A stretch of DNA of 62,823 bases from a virus (Duplodnaviria; Caudoviricetes), in the IMG/VR virus record IMGVR_UViG_3300032284_001165, positions 1 to 62,823 of that record; one strand, 5' to 3'. The position numbers and the translations under genes were made by a program. Of this stretch, positions 26,563 through 37,323 are shown in pieces (the stretch's first letter is position 1; every line of letters begins with the position of its first letter). The notes beneath the pieces are model-generated. The model saw only the letters and a program-made list of their open reading frames with translations. It had not been told where the DNA came from and ran no database searches.

Positions 26563-28320
26563 ATGTCAGTAGTTATCCCCGGAGTAACCTATAAAATTCA
26601 GATGTATGAGTGGGTAGGAAACAACTATACCAGCGCCACTAGCGCTAACAATATTGGTACAAAGACCAACTCTTCTTCAGGAGATTGGACCCCGCTACCT
26701 TCTGATTCTGTGTCAAAAACATTTAATACAAGCAGTGCCATAATGTTTGTTGTTACTGTGGTTGAAACAAGTAGTGGTAGGTTGTTAGATGAGGGTGCAA
26801 ACGTACAGGTAAGCGTACAGTGTAATACTGCGGATATTCAACTATTTGGCACAGCCCATAATAATAGTGGTGGAGCAGACCTACAAAATGGTGGGCATAA
26901 TGCCTCAAGCAACGATCATTGGTGGGGATTTTACATTCCAACAAAGGCCACATCACGTCAGTTTACCGCAGCAGATTTTAGTATTACCTTGCCAGATACA
27001 TCGCAACTAGCCCAATCGCTTTATTCTGCAGTTCATGGTGGACCTTTTACAGGCACAGGAACGGTAACACCATACAATGTATTTCCAATCACACTAAATG
27101 TTACTAATGCAACTGTGCCCTCTTTGCCCGGGACAATTACCGCGTTCCTTGGAAAGGGTAACATTGTAGATAGCGTGTTTAATACAGCCCTTTCTCAATG
27201 GATTGTAACTGCAAAAATTTCTGGAAATTATATTGTTTACACCTTTCCTAAACCTTGGTATATAATTCCACTTTCTAATTACTATGCCGCCCCCACATCA
27301 CCGGCCAGTCCAGGCAAGTATACTTATAAAACTTTTAAAACCCTAAGTGATGCTTTAAAAGATTCTACTGCTGCAGCTATTGCTGGATCTGGTAGCACAA
27401 AGACAACAAACCCCCCGTCACCTAAGGGGGCTGTACAAACCTCTAGTCAATTAAACCAAGCACCATACACATCCCAATGGAACCCGCCTCCACATGCAGC
27501 CACTAAAGGCGTATCTTTTTCTGACTTTTTGGCACAAGAAGCATTTTCGGGAGATAGTCTTGCATACAGTGGGCCATCATTATCAACATCCTATAACACA
27601 AATGATGCGGCACTTGTTGCCTTAGAAACATCATACCGTTCTAGATTAGGACGTTTATTTCAAGACACGGCTAATATAACTAAGACAAATAAAAAAAGTC
27701 AAGCACCTTGGGGTTTTCACTTTATGTACAACCCTAACAACATTAACTATAGTAGTACCTCAGATACTTCAATTGACTGGACATTAGGTAAGGCAGATCC
27801 TTCCAATGCTATTGGTGGAAACACAACTGTTAGTTTTCAACTTTATCTTAATAGAATTATTGATGTAAAAGATCTTAGAACTAATGGTCCTTCAGCCCTT
27901 GCCCGTGCTTATCCTGGGTATAGCAAGGCAGGAGATGTATTCAATGGAATTACAACCCGTGGAACTGAATATGATTTAGAGTATCTATATAGAGTTTTAA
28001 ATGGGGACCCATTAAAAGGTGAAGCTTTATTATCAAGCGGTGACCTTACCTCCGATGTTGGCTATATAACTATGGCCCCTTTTTGGTTGCACATCCATGA
28101 CAACATGCGTTACTTTGGATCTATGGCCAGCCTAAGTGTAAATCATTTAATCTTTACATCTGATATGGTTCCTGTATTTAGTACAGTAGACATATCCTTT
28201 ATCCGTTACCCTGCTACCGGCAACCAAGGTGTATCTGCTTCTCAATGGCAGAATAAATATCTTGGAACTGTTACAAGTACTGGCGCTGGTGCTGCACCTA
28301 CAGGAAAGCCTAAGAAATGA
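26563..28320 (+). CDS. Baseplate/tube-initiator-like protein with variable N-terminus
   Basis: C-terminal F.FMYNP..I and GT.YDLEYLYR..NG...F...MVP...VDISF; position after tape measure. Confidence 0.55.
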   Translation: MSVVIPGVTYKIQMYEWVGNNYTSATSANNIGTKTNSSSGDWTPLPSDSVSKTFNTSSAIMFVVTVVETSSGRLLDEGANVQVSVQCNTADIQLFGTAHNNSGGADLQNGGHNASSNDHWWGFYIPTKATSRQFTAADFSITLPDTSQLAQSLYSAVHGGPFTGTGTVTPYNVFPITLNVTNATVPSLPGTITAFLGKGNIVDSVFNTALSQWIVTAKISGNYIVYTFPKPWYIIPLSNYYAAPTSPASPGKYTYKTFKTLSDALKDSTAAAIAGSGSTKTTNPPSPKGAVQTSSQLNQAPYTSQWNPPPHAATKGVSFSDFLAQEAFSGDSLAYSGPSLSTSYNTNDAALVALETSYRSRLGRLFQDTANITKTNKKSQAPWGFHFMYNPNNINYSSTSDTSIDWTLGKADPSNAIGGNTTVSFQLYLNRIIDVKDLRTNGPSALARAYPGYSKAGDVFNGITTRGTEYDLEYLYRVLNGDPLKGEALLSSGDLTSDVGYITMAPFWLHIHDNMRYFGSMASLSVNHLIFTSDMVPVFSTVDISFIRYPATGNQGVSASQWQNKYLGTVTSTGAGAAPTGKPKK

Positions 28321-28595
28321 TAGAACGCGTATCTAGATACTATACAGGACCTTTAGCTCAGACCCCAAATAAATATACGGGTGCCTATGAAATCTCTGTA
28401 TTTAGGCTTTTTCCTACCAGCAAAAAAACCACATATGACTCTTATACATGGGTAGATGGTGACACCCTAGGGGGGTTAGCTAACCTAAACATAGGTGATC
28501 CACGATTCTGGTGGGAGATAATGGACGCTAATCCAACTGTTACAGACCCGTTTAACATCCCACCGGGTACGTTATTAAGGGTTCCAAATGCTTGA
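28317..28595 (+). CDS. LysM/tail-X-like baseplate protein
   Basis: GDTL..LA....GDP..WW.I.DANP...DP..I.PGT.LRVP. Confidence 0.85.
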   Translation: MIERVSRYYTGPLAQTPNKYTGAYEISVFRLFPTSKKTTYDSYTWVDGDTLGGLANLNIGDPRFWWEIMDANPTVTDPFNIPPGTLLRVPNA

Positions 28596-30009
28596 TATTG
28601 GTATCCCACGTAGTGTATTTATATGGAATTCTAATGCCTCTATATACGACAGCTCTTTTACTGTGGTGTTTCCAAAAACCCCAGACATTGAAGTACTCCT
28701 TATTGGTGCTGAACTGCACCAAGATATTCACATGCACGATAGATTAACTTTACATATCAAAGGAAGACCTTGGTTAAAGTCAACAGCCATAGTTAATGGG
28801 GATCCTATGATTTTTACTTATATTTCAGGCAAAATTAAATCTACATTTAATGGATACGTATCAGCTATAAATCAAGCAAACGGTATGGACGGTGCAAATA
28901 CAGACATTGAATGCGTATCTGCATCTTATGTATTAAAAGAAACAGATCAAAAGATTTATAAAAACATGACTGCAGATAGGTGTGTAGTCAACATAGGTAA
29001 TAAACATGGGTTCTCTACAACAGTTCAACGCCACTCTAGAGTACGAAGTGCAATTGTACAGTCGGGTCAAACAGACTGGCAACTTCTTACTAGCCTAGCT
29101 ACTCAATGTGGTTTTGCTTTGGTTGTAGAAAATACGCATATTACTTTTGTGTCTAAAGACAAAATCTTTAATAGTAAGAAAGCAAAAGCCCCCTACTATT
29201 ACTATGTAGATGATGAGATAACCGGATTGGTTACAAAGCACGATAGATTATCAGGTAGCATTTTTTCATTTGCTCCCATCATTGCCGACGAAAATCCAGA
29301 TTCAGGCATAGCAGTAGACAGGGTTGTATCTGGAAAGTCAACTACTACAGGGCAACCCTTTAAAACCACCCATACTATTAATACGCTTGTTTCTCCTACT
29401 TCAGGTGCAGTAACTAACTTTTCTAATAACCCTACAAAAGCAAAGTTTAAAAAGCACCATACACATGAAGTAGTAACCTCTTTAGCAAACTCTAAACTAC
29501 TTGCTATTGATTACGCCAACCAGCATAGATACCGCCACCGTGCTGAGGTTATGATCATTGGTACGGCTGATCTTCGCCCATATGATCCTATATACCTTGA
29601 TGGTCTACCCAACGGTATGTCCGGGTATTGGACAGTTCTTTCTTTAAAACATATTTTTAATGGGCGTGTAGCTAACTACATGCTTGAAATTGTAGTGGGA
29701 ACAGACACCATAGGAGACACATCTAGTACTGCCTACCTTAACGCAAATACTAGAGATGTACAAGCAGAGCTTGCAGGTCAATCTTTGGTAGCCCCTGCTT
29801 CTCAACTTATAGATCAAGTACCTTCTATAAATGCCTCTTCTTTATCATCAAACACTAACACCATAGTCTCTACCCCACAGGTAAGCCCTAGCAACCCACT
29901 AATTCCTAACCTTACTAATATTCCTTTTCCAAACGGCGCTCCTAATATAAATAGCATAAAAAGAACGGTACAATGGACTGCTACTAAAACAGGGACGGTG
30001 ATAGCATGA
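28588..30009 (+). CDS. Baseplate hub protein (gpD/gp27-like)
   Basis: Q.GQTDWQ.L..LA...GF and G...LRP.DPIYLDGL....SGYW.V....H motifs. Confidence 0.8.
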   Translation: MLDIGIPRSVFIWNSNASIYDSSFTVVFPKTPDIEVLLIGAELHQDIHMHDRLTLHIKGRPWLKSTAIVNGDPMIFTYISGKIKSTFNGYVSAINQANGMDGANTDIECVSASYVLKETDQKIYKNMTADRCVVNIGNKHGFSTTVQRHSRVRSAIVQSGQTDWQLLTSLATQCGFALVVENTHITFVSKDKIFNSKKAKAPYYYYVDDEITGLVTKHDRLSGSIFSFAPIIADENPDSGIAVDRVVSGKSTTTGQPFKTTHTINTLVSPTSGAVTNFSNNPTKAKFKKHHTHEVVTSLANSKLLAIDYANQHRYRHRAEVMIIGTADLRPYDPIYLDGLPNGMSGYWTVLSLKHIFNGRVANYMLEIVVGTDTIGDTSSTAYLNANTRDVQAELAGQSLVAPASQLIDQVPSINASSLSSNTNTIVSTPQVSPSNPLIPNLTNIPFPNGAPNINSIKRTVQWTATKTGTVIA

Positions 30010-30620
30010 ACCACAGCATAGACTATATGCATGATCCTCAGGGTCGTCCAAGATTTTATGGACTTTACCGCGGGGAAGTAATATCGGTAAACGATCCGCT
30101 TAAAAAGAATAGAATTCAAGTAAACGTTCAAATGACTACAGGTGCTGGAGTTACGGCATGGGCTGAGGCTTGTGTACCTGTTACTGACAACTCTTATCAT
30201 CCAGATCATATGGCACATACAGCTGCTCAAGTTGCAGCGTTACTTTTAAACCACACCGATGTTATAACTACTAGTTCGGTTAGTGATGGTGGAACCGGAG
30301 CTTCGGCACATTCCCATACGGTAACTCTTAATGCCGCACATCGCCCTGCGACAGGCCAGCTTAACCATCCCCACGTTAACCCAGTTCATACTATGGTTAC
30401 AGCATCCAAGACAGGTACAAGTACCGCAGCCTCTCCGACCACGGTTACTGATACCCAAGAAACTAGCGTTTATGCTCATGGACAAACTGCCCCAGATGGG
30501 ACTAATAAACCTGAGCATACTTTTCACCGAGCCCTTCCTGCCGTAAAGCAACACGTATGGATTATGTTTGAAGCAGGGGACCCAGAGTATCCCGTATGGA
30601 TTGGAACGCAGATCATATGA
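30006..30620 (+). CDS. Baseplate spike OB-fold protein (gpV/gp5-N-like) with His-rich insertion
   Basis: FYGLYRG.V....DP....RI.V, WA..C, VWIMFEAGDP.YPVWIG. Confidence 0.8.
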   Translation: MNHSIDYMHDPQGRPRFYGLYRGEVISVNDPLKKNRIQVNVQMTTGAGVTAWAEACVPVTDNSYHPDHMAHTAAQVAALLLNHTDVITTSSVSDGGTGASAHSHTVTLNAAHRPATGQLNHPHVNPVHTMVTASKTGTSTAASPTTVTDTQETSVYAHGQTAPDGTNKPEHTFHRALPAVKQHVWIMFEAGDPEYPVWIGTQII

Positions 30621-31012
30621 GCAAAGCACTTAATTTTCCATTTACCCTCAACTATTATGGGGTAGTTGATACAGCTATAGATGTCCATAAAATCTATGAA
30701 GATCGGGTTCTAACCCTATTGTCTACCAACGTAGGTCAGCGCCCTATGCTTCCCACCTATGGAACAAATATGGGTGTGGCCCTTTTTGAAAACGATAATA
30801 ACTTTTCCAAGGCAGCCACTCAGGCCATAAAGACAGCCATATCAAATTGGATCCCAGATGTCTCCATAGACAGCATAGTTATTGGTACAATTAACCCGGT
30901 TACCAATGAGGCTGATATAACTATTACCCTGATAACCCCAGATAACCTTTTAACCTCAGTAAGCACTACAACGGCAATTCTAAACTATGATGGGACTGTG
31001 ACACGGCCATGA
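30617..31012 (+). CDS. Baseplate wedge/sheath initiator (gp25-like)
   Basis: LLST..GQRPM.P.YG.....LFE...I..AI..W.P.V; ATG at 30617 overlaps the upstream stop. Confidence 0.85.
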   Translation: MSKALNFPFTLNYYGVVDTAIDVHKIYEDRVLTLLSTNVGQRPMLPTYGTNMGVALFENDNNFSKAATQAIKTAISNWIPDVSIDSIVIGTINPVTNEADITITLITPDNLLTSVSTTTAILNYDGTVTRP

Positions 31013-32799
31013 CGCAGATTGATTATACCTCTAGAGACTTTGCGGCTCTTCGCTCAGATCTCATTCAACTTATCAATTATCGTACAGATCTTGCATGGGA
31101 TCCAACAGATTTTTCAGACCTAGGTAACGTATTGGTTGAAGCCTTTGCTTATATGGGTGACATCATGTCCCATTATATTGACCGTGCTGCAAATGAAACT
31201 ACTGTAGATACGGCCATCAAAACAGAAACACTTATTAATTTTGGTAACCTGTATGGATACAAACCTTCAGGACCAACACCAGCAACTGTTAGTCTTATTT
31301 TTACAAACGTAAGTGCTAATACCGTTGATCTTCCTCTAGGTACCCAGGTAATGGCGCCATTAAGTTACGGGCCATTCTCAGAAGTTTACTTTGAAACCAC
31401 TAGTTCTCATGTCGGTATCCTTCCAGGACAATCTATCACCGTTTCAGCAGTAGAAGGAAAGACGGTAAACACCGATCGTCCTGATTTAATTGACCCTACG
31501 TATAATAAACCTATACCAGCAAATGTTGGGTTAACAACAGGACTTGCTAACCAAAGCATCTTATTACCTTTTGATACAGGAATCATTGATGGTTCTTTAA
31601 CTGTGTACATTGGGCAGAGCGCTGCTTTTGCACCATGGACTTATGTAAGTAATCTTTTAGAACAACAACCAGAAGCGTTGGTGTTTACTACAACTCAAAA
31701 TACAGATGGAACTCTTAACATAATCTTTGGCGATAATGTCAATGGTGCCGTCCCCCCTGCTAACCAATTAATCAGCGCTATATATAAAAAAGGTGCCGGA
31801 GCTGCAGGAAACGTTGTACCTGGGGCCATTACCGAAGTTACTTTTGTTCCTGGAAATGTTGATCCCCAAGTCACATCTTACTTTACAGTTACCAACTCAG
31901 TAGCTGCTACAGGTGGAGCAGACGCTGATAATCAAACCCAGATTAAAAAGAAAATTAAAGCGGCAGTTGCTACAAGAGGACGTGCTGTAACACTTAAGGA
32001 TTATGAAAATTTGGCAGTATTAGTACCACAAGTGGGACGAGCTAAAGCTTCAGGTGCGTACTATTCAGCAATTAATTTATACATACAATCTCAAAATGAT
32101 CCTAGTAGTTTAACGCCTGGAGTATCACTATCTCCTCGTGGTATTACAGCTATTTCTTCGGGACATGTGGGTGCAACTGTTACTTCAGGGTATGTAACAT
32201 ACACTACGGACGCTGATCATGGCTATGTTGTAAACGATTATATTAGTATCTCAGGAATATCACCAAGTGGATATAACGCAACAAACGTTCAGATTACAAA
32301 CGTACCCACATCTAATACATTTGTTATTGCAAATTCCACAACAACTGCAGGCTACGTATCCGGTGGAACGGTCATTGATCCACAACCTACTAGTGCTTGG
32401 AACACCCTAGCAAACAGCGTATCTACATATTTAGCAGATAAAATTCCAGTAGGTACAACATTAACTGTACTGCCCCCTGCGTATATACCTGTGTACATGA
32501 CTATCAATCTTACTATTGCTCCTGCTCAAAGCAAGACAACAATGCAACAGAGTGTGTATACAGCAATACTTGGTCCTAATGGGTTATTTGCTTATGACAA
32601 CAACCCATTTAATCGAACCATTACAGTTTCTCAAGTTATTACAACAGTACAAAGTATTCCAGGAATTGTAGATGTATCTATTGGGGCTATGAACATTGAC
32701 AATCTAGGTGGGGTTAGTAACCTTGCTTTTAGTGCTAATCAGATTCCATACCTAACAATTGGAAATCTAAACATCCCAACCCCAACTGGTGGTGTATAA
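31009..32799 (+). CDS. Baseplate J-like wedge protein
   Basis: IDYTSRDF, E.FAY.GD...YID, FGD..NG.VP, GGAD, RAVT..DYE. Confidence 0.9.
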   Translation: MTQIDYTSRDFAALRSDLIQLINYRTDLAWDPTDFSDLGNVLVEAFAYMGDIMSHYIDRAANETTVDTAIKTETLINFGNLYGYKPSGPTPATVSLIFTNVSANTVDLPLGTQVMAPLSYGPFSEVYFETTSSHVGILPGQSITVSAVEGKTVNTDRPDLIDPTYNKPIPANVGLTTGLANQSILLPFDTGIIDGSLTVYIGQSAAFAPWTYVSNLLEQQPEALVFTTTQNTDGTLNIIFGDNVNGAVPPANQLISAIYKKGAGAAGNVVPGAITEVTFVPGNVDPQVTSYFTVTNSVAATGGADADNQTQIKKKIKAAVATRGRAVTLKDYENLAVLVPQVGRAKASGAYYSAINLYIQSQNDPSSLTPGVSLSPRGITAISSGHVGATVTSGYVTYTTDADHGYVVNDYISISGISPSGYNATNVQITNVPTSNTFVIANSTTTAGYVSGGTVIDPQPTSAWNTLANSVSTYLADKIPVGTTLTVLPPAYIPVYMTINLTIAPAQSKTTMQQSVYTAILGPNGLFAYDNNPFNRTITVSQVITTVQSIPGIVDVSIGAMNIDNLGGVSNLAFSANQIPYLTIGNLNIPTPTGGV

Positions 32800-32834
32800 T
32801 GCTAACGATAGATATAAGACAGGTAGGTAAATAA

Positions 32835-33380
32835 ATGTCCTCAGCTACATTCCCAAATAGAGTACGCTCGTTTAGTGCTAAGGTAGACTTGGTTGACTAC
32901 GTACTTGCTGATCACGTTAACTCACTTCAGAATGAAGTGGTGGCGCTTGAAAAATCTTTAGGTGATACAGGTAGTGGTGGCACTTCTTATCTCTTATCTA
33001 GATTTGATGCGACACCTTTTAGCACCTCAGTTCTTGACTGGAGTGTTAATGGCAACCTAGGCGCTCGTCTTCTTAATATTGAAGCCGGTCTTGTTAATGG
33101 TGTGTCTAACAGTCCATATGTAAGAATTAAAGGCGGTTCTATTATTCAACCGCTTTCTGGATCTGTGGGCCTTACACTTCAAACCCAAGCCGGTACAGCT
33201 AACCTTATTACTACGCTTTCTAGTGGGGCGGTACTTGGCTTTAATGTAGACTATATGGGTATTCCTAAAGTAGGAACCGCTAATGTAGTGTACGTAGGAA
33301 GCTCGGACTATAACAACATTCTTTCAACTGCGGCTTCAGCTGCAGCATCTATGCACCCATTCTTACTAGGCGGATTGTAA
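32835..33380 (+). CDS. Virion structural protein (fibre-attachment-like)
   Basis: A.HVNSLQ.EV.ALE..LG motif; C-terminal HPFLLGG; located in the baseplate module. Confidence 0.5.
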   Translation: MSSATFPNRVRSFSAKVDLVDYVLADHVNSLQNEVVALEKSLGDTGSGGTSYLLSRFDATPFSTSVLDWSVNGNLGARLLNIEAGLVNGVSNSPYVRIKGGSIIQPLSGSVGLTLQTQAGTANLITTLSSGAVLGFNVDYMGIPKVGTANVVYVGSSDYNNILSTAASAAASMHPFLLGGL

Positions 33381-33389
33381 AACTAAAAT

Positions 33390-36300
33390 ATGGCAACGTA
33401 TCTTTCGGGCATATACGGGTTACCCCTGTATGGTGATCGCACCACTACAACATACTATGATTCTAAGATTGTTGCCTGGGCCTATGACTATAATGCTGTC
33501 TTTGTTAAATGGCAAAATATTACTTACAACCCAAACTATACTCCAATTCTTTATTGGAGATTAACCCGTACAAATACGGGCACACCAGATAACCCATTTG
33601 CTGGTGATTTAGTAACGGGCGGGGCAATAGAAAGTTTTTTAACATCCTATACAGATTATTTATCCGCCGATGTAACGACTCAAACAGTATATTCTTTGTG
33701 GGTATTTGATGGACTACGTTGGGTGTTTTGTGGGTCTTCTACAGTTAATATCCTTGTTGATAGCAATAGTTTACTGAAGGTAAGCCGTTGGATTCCACGA
33801 GCATGGCTAAATGCTATTCAGGGTACTGGAGATATAACAGGTGAACCTGGATCAACAGATTTAGAGCACATGCTTTCTGGTTTTGTATTTGAGTACGATC
33901 GACTCAGAGGAGAGATTGAACTGCTCAGCAAAGCATCTAGCACAGTATACGCGCCCAATCAACTACTTAAAAATAAAATTGAAGAACTTGGGTTTACATA
34001 CGAACCTACTCTTGGTGACACATACCATAGATCACTTTATAACTCAGGTAACCTAATCAATTCAGATAAAGGAACCTTAAAAGGTTTAGCCGGTTATATT
34101 ACTGCCCTAACACATTGGAATAGTAAGATAACTGTTGGCCACAACCTTATGCTTGATTATAATGATTCTTCTTTTGAAGAGAACACAGGTAACTGGTCTT
34201 CCTATATTGAAGGAACAGATGCAGGCGCCCCAGGATCTCTTCTTAGCCAACACCTTTATGCAAACAATGCAACAAGTGGCGGAGAGCTAGGCGTAGCTAT
34301 TAACCCACCATCACCAAACCTATATGACCATACATACACACCACGTAATTTGGGGTTTGGTGTAATAAGCACCTCAGCAACAAGTACAGTATCCATTTGG
34401 CTGCCTGATGAAGAGTACACAGCTACAACAACAACTATACCTATTAAACAAAACACCCGTTATATTTTTACCGGTTGGGTTAAACAATTAGATGCTACAA
34501 CAGCCACAGTTACTGCCAGCATTTATTGGTATGACAGGGTTGGAAATATAATCGGCACCACACCCGCCGGACCATCTTTAGCCACAACTACGGGTTGGAA
34601 CGAGTTTACTTCGTATTGTTCTACAGCCCGTAACGGGTACCTTTCTCCAGTAAATGCCGTCTATGCAGGACTTCGTCTGTACGTAACCCCAAGCTCAGCA
34701 ACTACTGCAAGATATGCTGTAGATATGTTTATGCTTTGTGAACCTGAAAATAGTCTTGAATATCAAGATGCCAGACGTATTAACATTGCGGTTGCTGGTG
34801 ATCTAGAAAACTATATTCTTAACCCTTCTTTTGAAGAAGGAGTAGGTTTTTGGACTGCTTCATACAATGGTTCGTTTGCTCAAGATCCTACTATTTCTCC
34901 TAGCTCTTTAGTATGGCCATTATATAATGTGGCTGCGTATAACCCTAATGACCCCGCCCAATACTTATCAGCACACGTTGGTGAGCTTACGGCATTTCCA
35001 AATGATGGAACACATTATGACCCTGCTTGGATTACATCTGATTGGATTCCTGTAGACCCAGGACAAAACTATACTTTTAGTGGTTCAATTTCTAGCGATG
35101 ACACACAAAGTGTGGCTATTGCAAGAATTGAATTCTCTAATAAAATTACGGCTGATCAACAAGACCATACTCTTAGTGACAGTAATGGTCAGTACTTTGA
35201 CCCAAGTGTTTACTATGTTGACTCTATTCCTTTTAATTTTGCGGGATCTATCTATACAGACCCCCTATCAGGGCAACCTGCGCTTCTTCCAGTAAAAACT
35301 AGATTTTATGTTACAGGTATTGCACCCCAAACAACAACAGACTCTGGTCAACCTATGGCAAAAGTGTCAGTTTACTTCCCACATCTTCCTAACAATCCTC
35401 CCGGACAACTTGATAGAACTATGTGGTTTGATGGGTTATTGTTACAGGACGCAATAACAGTACCTATTTTAGATGATGCAGGTAATCCAGTATTAGATTT
35501 TGCTGGTAACCCCACTGTTGAAATTAATTCTTACTTTGATGGTACTGGTGGGCCTATCCCAACAAACCCCGTTAAACAAACCTACCTTTCAGTTATTGAT
35601 AGTTCATGGGAAACAAAGACACGTACTAACTTTTTGTCTAATCCTTCTTTTGAAACTTTAGATAGTTGGACTGGTTACAATACGCACACTAATACCTCTA
35701 TTACTTTATCTAATCAATCTGATAATGGCGGCTTTGGTGTCAACCCTAACTTTCCTGCAAACTGGGAAGGCCGTCGTTATATTAACCCGGATGGGTCTTA
35801 TGGTCTTTTAGTAACAGAGCCAAGCACTGGGCAACCTAAACTTTTCTACTACCCACCAAGATACGGCAGCTATAATTTGGTTGTTAACTACGCCCCTAAC
35901 TTCCTTGTAGGAGGTGTACCTGTTACACACTACGGTGTGACAGAACTTGAAAACCCGAACGCTGAAAACATTTACTCTTATATTGAAACAACAGCTTACT
36001 TACCGTCTCCTGCAGTAGGGGGAGAAGATGTAACTATTTCTATGTATGTACGAGGTTCAGAAGGCCGGTATATTCTTTCAGCATATACTGGTGCTTTTGC
36101 TACAACAGCAGATATTTATAATAAGACTATTAAAGTAGTCCAGCATGATCAATATCAATGGATTCGTATTCAAGTGGTACGTCAATTAAAAAGCGGAGAG
36201 ACATCATTTACTATTCGTTTAGGACATACTAGCGAGGCTGCATATTCATCCCCAGGCAAGATACCTCAATCCGGTTACTTTGTAGTAGACGGAGCACAAG

Positions 36301-37313
36301 CTGAATATGGGCGCGTAGCTTCCTCATTTGTAGACCCATCAGATTCTGGAACAGTTGTTATTTCCAACCCATCGCACACATCAAGCAATATTTACCTAAC
36401 AATGAACCAAAATGCATACGCAGGAAAGAGTAGCTATCACAATAACTGGACAGCTAAATCCACCCGCCTTGCTGCAAATTTGCCTTCAGTTCTTCCCTAT
36501 GGCAGTACTTGGTCATTGCAACGCGGAGACCTATTAAATGTATTTGCATCTGAGCTTAGTGGTTCATTAATACCTTCTGCATCTTTTGAAAAAGATTTAG
36601 GAAGCTGGGCAGGTATACGTTCTACACTTACTCGTAAGTATGCTTTAGGCTCTTTGTTCTCAGATAGTTTAGTGCATGGAACGGCATATGCTGAGGTTAC
36701 AACAACAAACACTGATCCATTTGGTGATCTTAGCTTTGGTATTACTACAGACTTTATACCGGTTAAATCAGGACACGGATATTACGCCTCTGTTGCCATT
36801 AAACCAGAAAATCTTTTATCTGAAGGCGTCTATACAATGCACGTAGATTTTTACGCTGCAGATAAATCAACATTAATTGCAGCGAACGAACGATATACAA
36901 TTACTAATCTAGAAGTCATATCAAACGTTGCCTATATTGATATTGGTCCTAACAACATACCTACTGGAGGAACGATTGTAATACAAGGTCTTCCTTTATC
37001 AGGCTTTAATGGTACTTTTACCGTGCGTGAACCTGGTTTAGACCAACCAAGTAATATAGTTGCTTTTGCCATAACATCACCAAACTACCCTTCCACTACG
37101 GTATCGGGAGTAGTAACTTATGATGTTACTAATAGTACACGCGTAGTTTCTCAGTCTATTAATCAACTAAATCGTTGGGCCTATCTTGGACTAGTAAACC
37201 CAGGACAGACAACAGTAGGCGCAGCGTATGCTAAGGTTAGCGTTATCTGTACCCCCAACTCTTTGGATGCTACTCAAGCATTCAAAATTGACAAAGCTGT
37301 ATTTAGAGAATAG
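33390..37313 (+). CDS. Large baseplate/tail protein (gpI-like segment plus repeated CBM-like NPSFE domains)
   Basis: KGTL.GL..YI segment; repeated N.SFE...W modules. Confidence 0.7.
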   Translation: MATYLSGIYGLPLYGDRTTTTYYDSKIVAWAYDYNAVFVKWQNITYNPNYTPILYWRLTRTNTGTPDNPFAGDLVTGGAIESFLTSYTDYLSADVTTQTVYSLWVFDGLRWVFCGSSTVNILVDSNSLLKVSRWIPRAWLNAIQGTGDITGEPGSTDLEHMLSGFVFEYDRLRGEIELLSKASSTVYAPNQLLKNKIEELGFTYEPTLGDTYHRSLYNSGNLINSDKGTLKGLAGYITALTHWNSKITVGHNLMLDYNDSSFEENTGNWSSYIEGTDAGAPGSLLSQHLYANNATSGGELGVAINPPSPNLYDHTYTPRNLGFGVISTSATSTVSIWLPDEEYTATTTTIPIKQNTRYIFTGWVKQLDATTATVTASIYWYDRVGNIIGTTPAGPSLATTTGWNEFTSYCSTARNGYLSPVNAVYAGLRLYVTPSSATTARYAVDMFMLCEPENSLEYQDARRINIAVAGDLENYILNPSFEEGVGFWTASYNGSFAQDPTISPSSLVWPLYNVAAYNPNDPAQYLSAHVGELTAFPNDGTHYDPAWITSDWIPVDPGQNYTFSGSISSDDTQSVAIARIEFSNKITADQQDHTLSDSNGQYFDPSVYYVDSIPFNFAGSIYTDPLSGQPALLPVKTRFYVTGIAPQTTTDSGQPMAKVSVYFPHLPNNPPGQLDRTMWFDGLLLQDAITVPILDDAGNPVLDFAGNPTVEINSYFDGTGGPIPTNPVKQTYLSVIDSSWETKTRTNFLSNPSFETLDSWTGYNTHTNTSITLSNQSDNGGFGVNPNFPANWEGRRYINPDGSYGLLVTEPSTGQPKLFYYPPRYGSYNLVVNYAPNFLVGGVPVTHYGVTELENPNAENIYSYIETTAYLPSPAVGGEDVTISMYVRGSEGRYILSAYTGAFATTADIYNKTIKVVQHDQYQWIRIQVVRQLKSGETSFTIRLGHTSEAAYSSPGKIPQSGYFVVDGAQAEYGRVASSFVDPSDSGTVVISNPSHTSSNIYLTMNQNAYAGKSSYHNNWTAKSTRLAANLPSVLPYGSTWSLQRGDLLNVFASELSGSLIPSASFEKDLGSWAGIRSTLTRKYALGSLFSDSLVHGTAYAEVTTTNTDPFGDLSFGITTDFIPVKSGHGYYASVAIKPENLLSEGVYTMHVDFYAADKSTLIAANERYTITNLEVISNVAYIDIGPNNIPTGGTIVIQGLPLSGFNGTFTVREPGLDQPSNIVAFAITSPNYPSTTVSGVVTYDVTNSTRVVSQSINQLNRWAYLGLVNPGQTTVGAAYAKVSVICTPNSLDATQAFKIDKAVFRE

Positions 37314-37316
37314 ACT
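37288..37316 (+). promoter_or_regulatory. Sigma70-type promoter TTGACA-17-TAGACT, leaderless into ATG 37324
   Basis: TTGACA 37288-93, TAGACT 37311-16, ATG 7 nt later. Confidence 0.7.
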
Positions 37317-37323
37317 AACTCAT

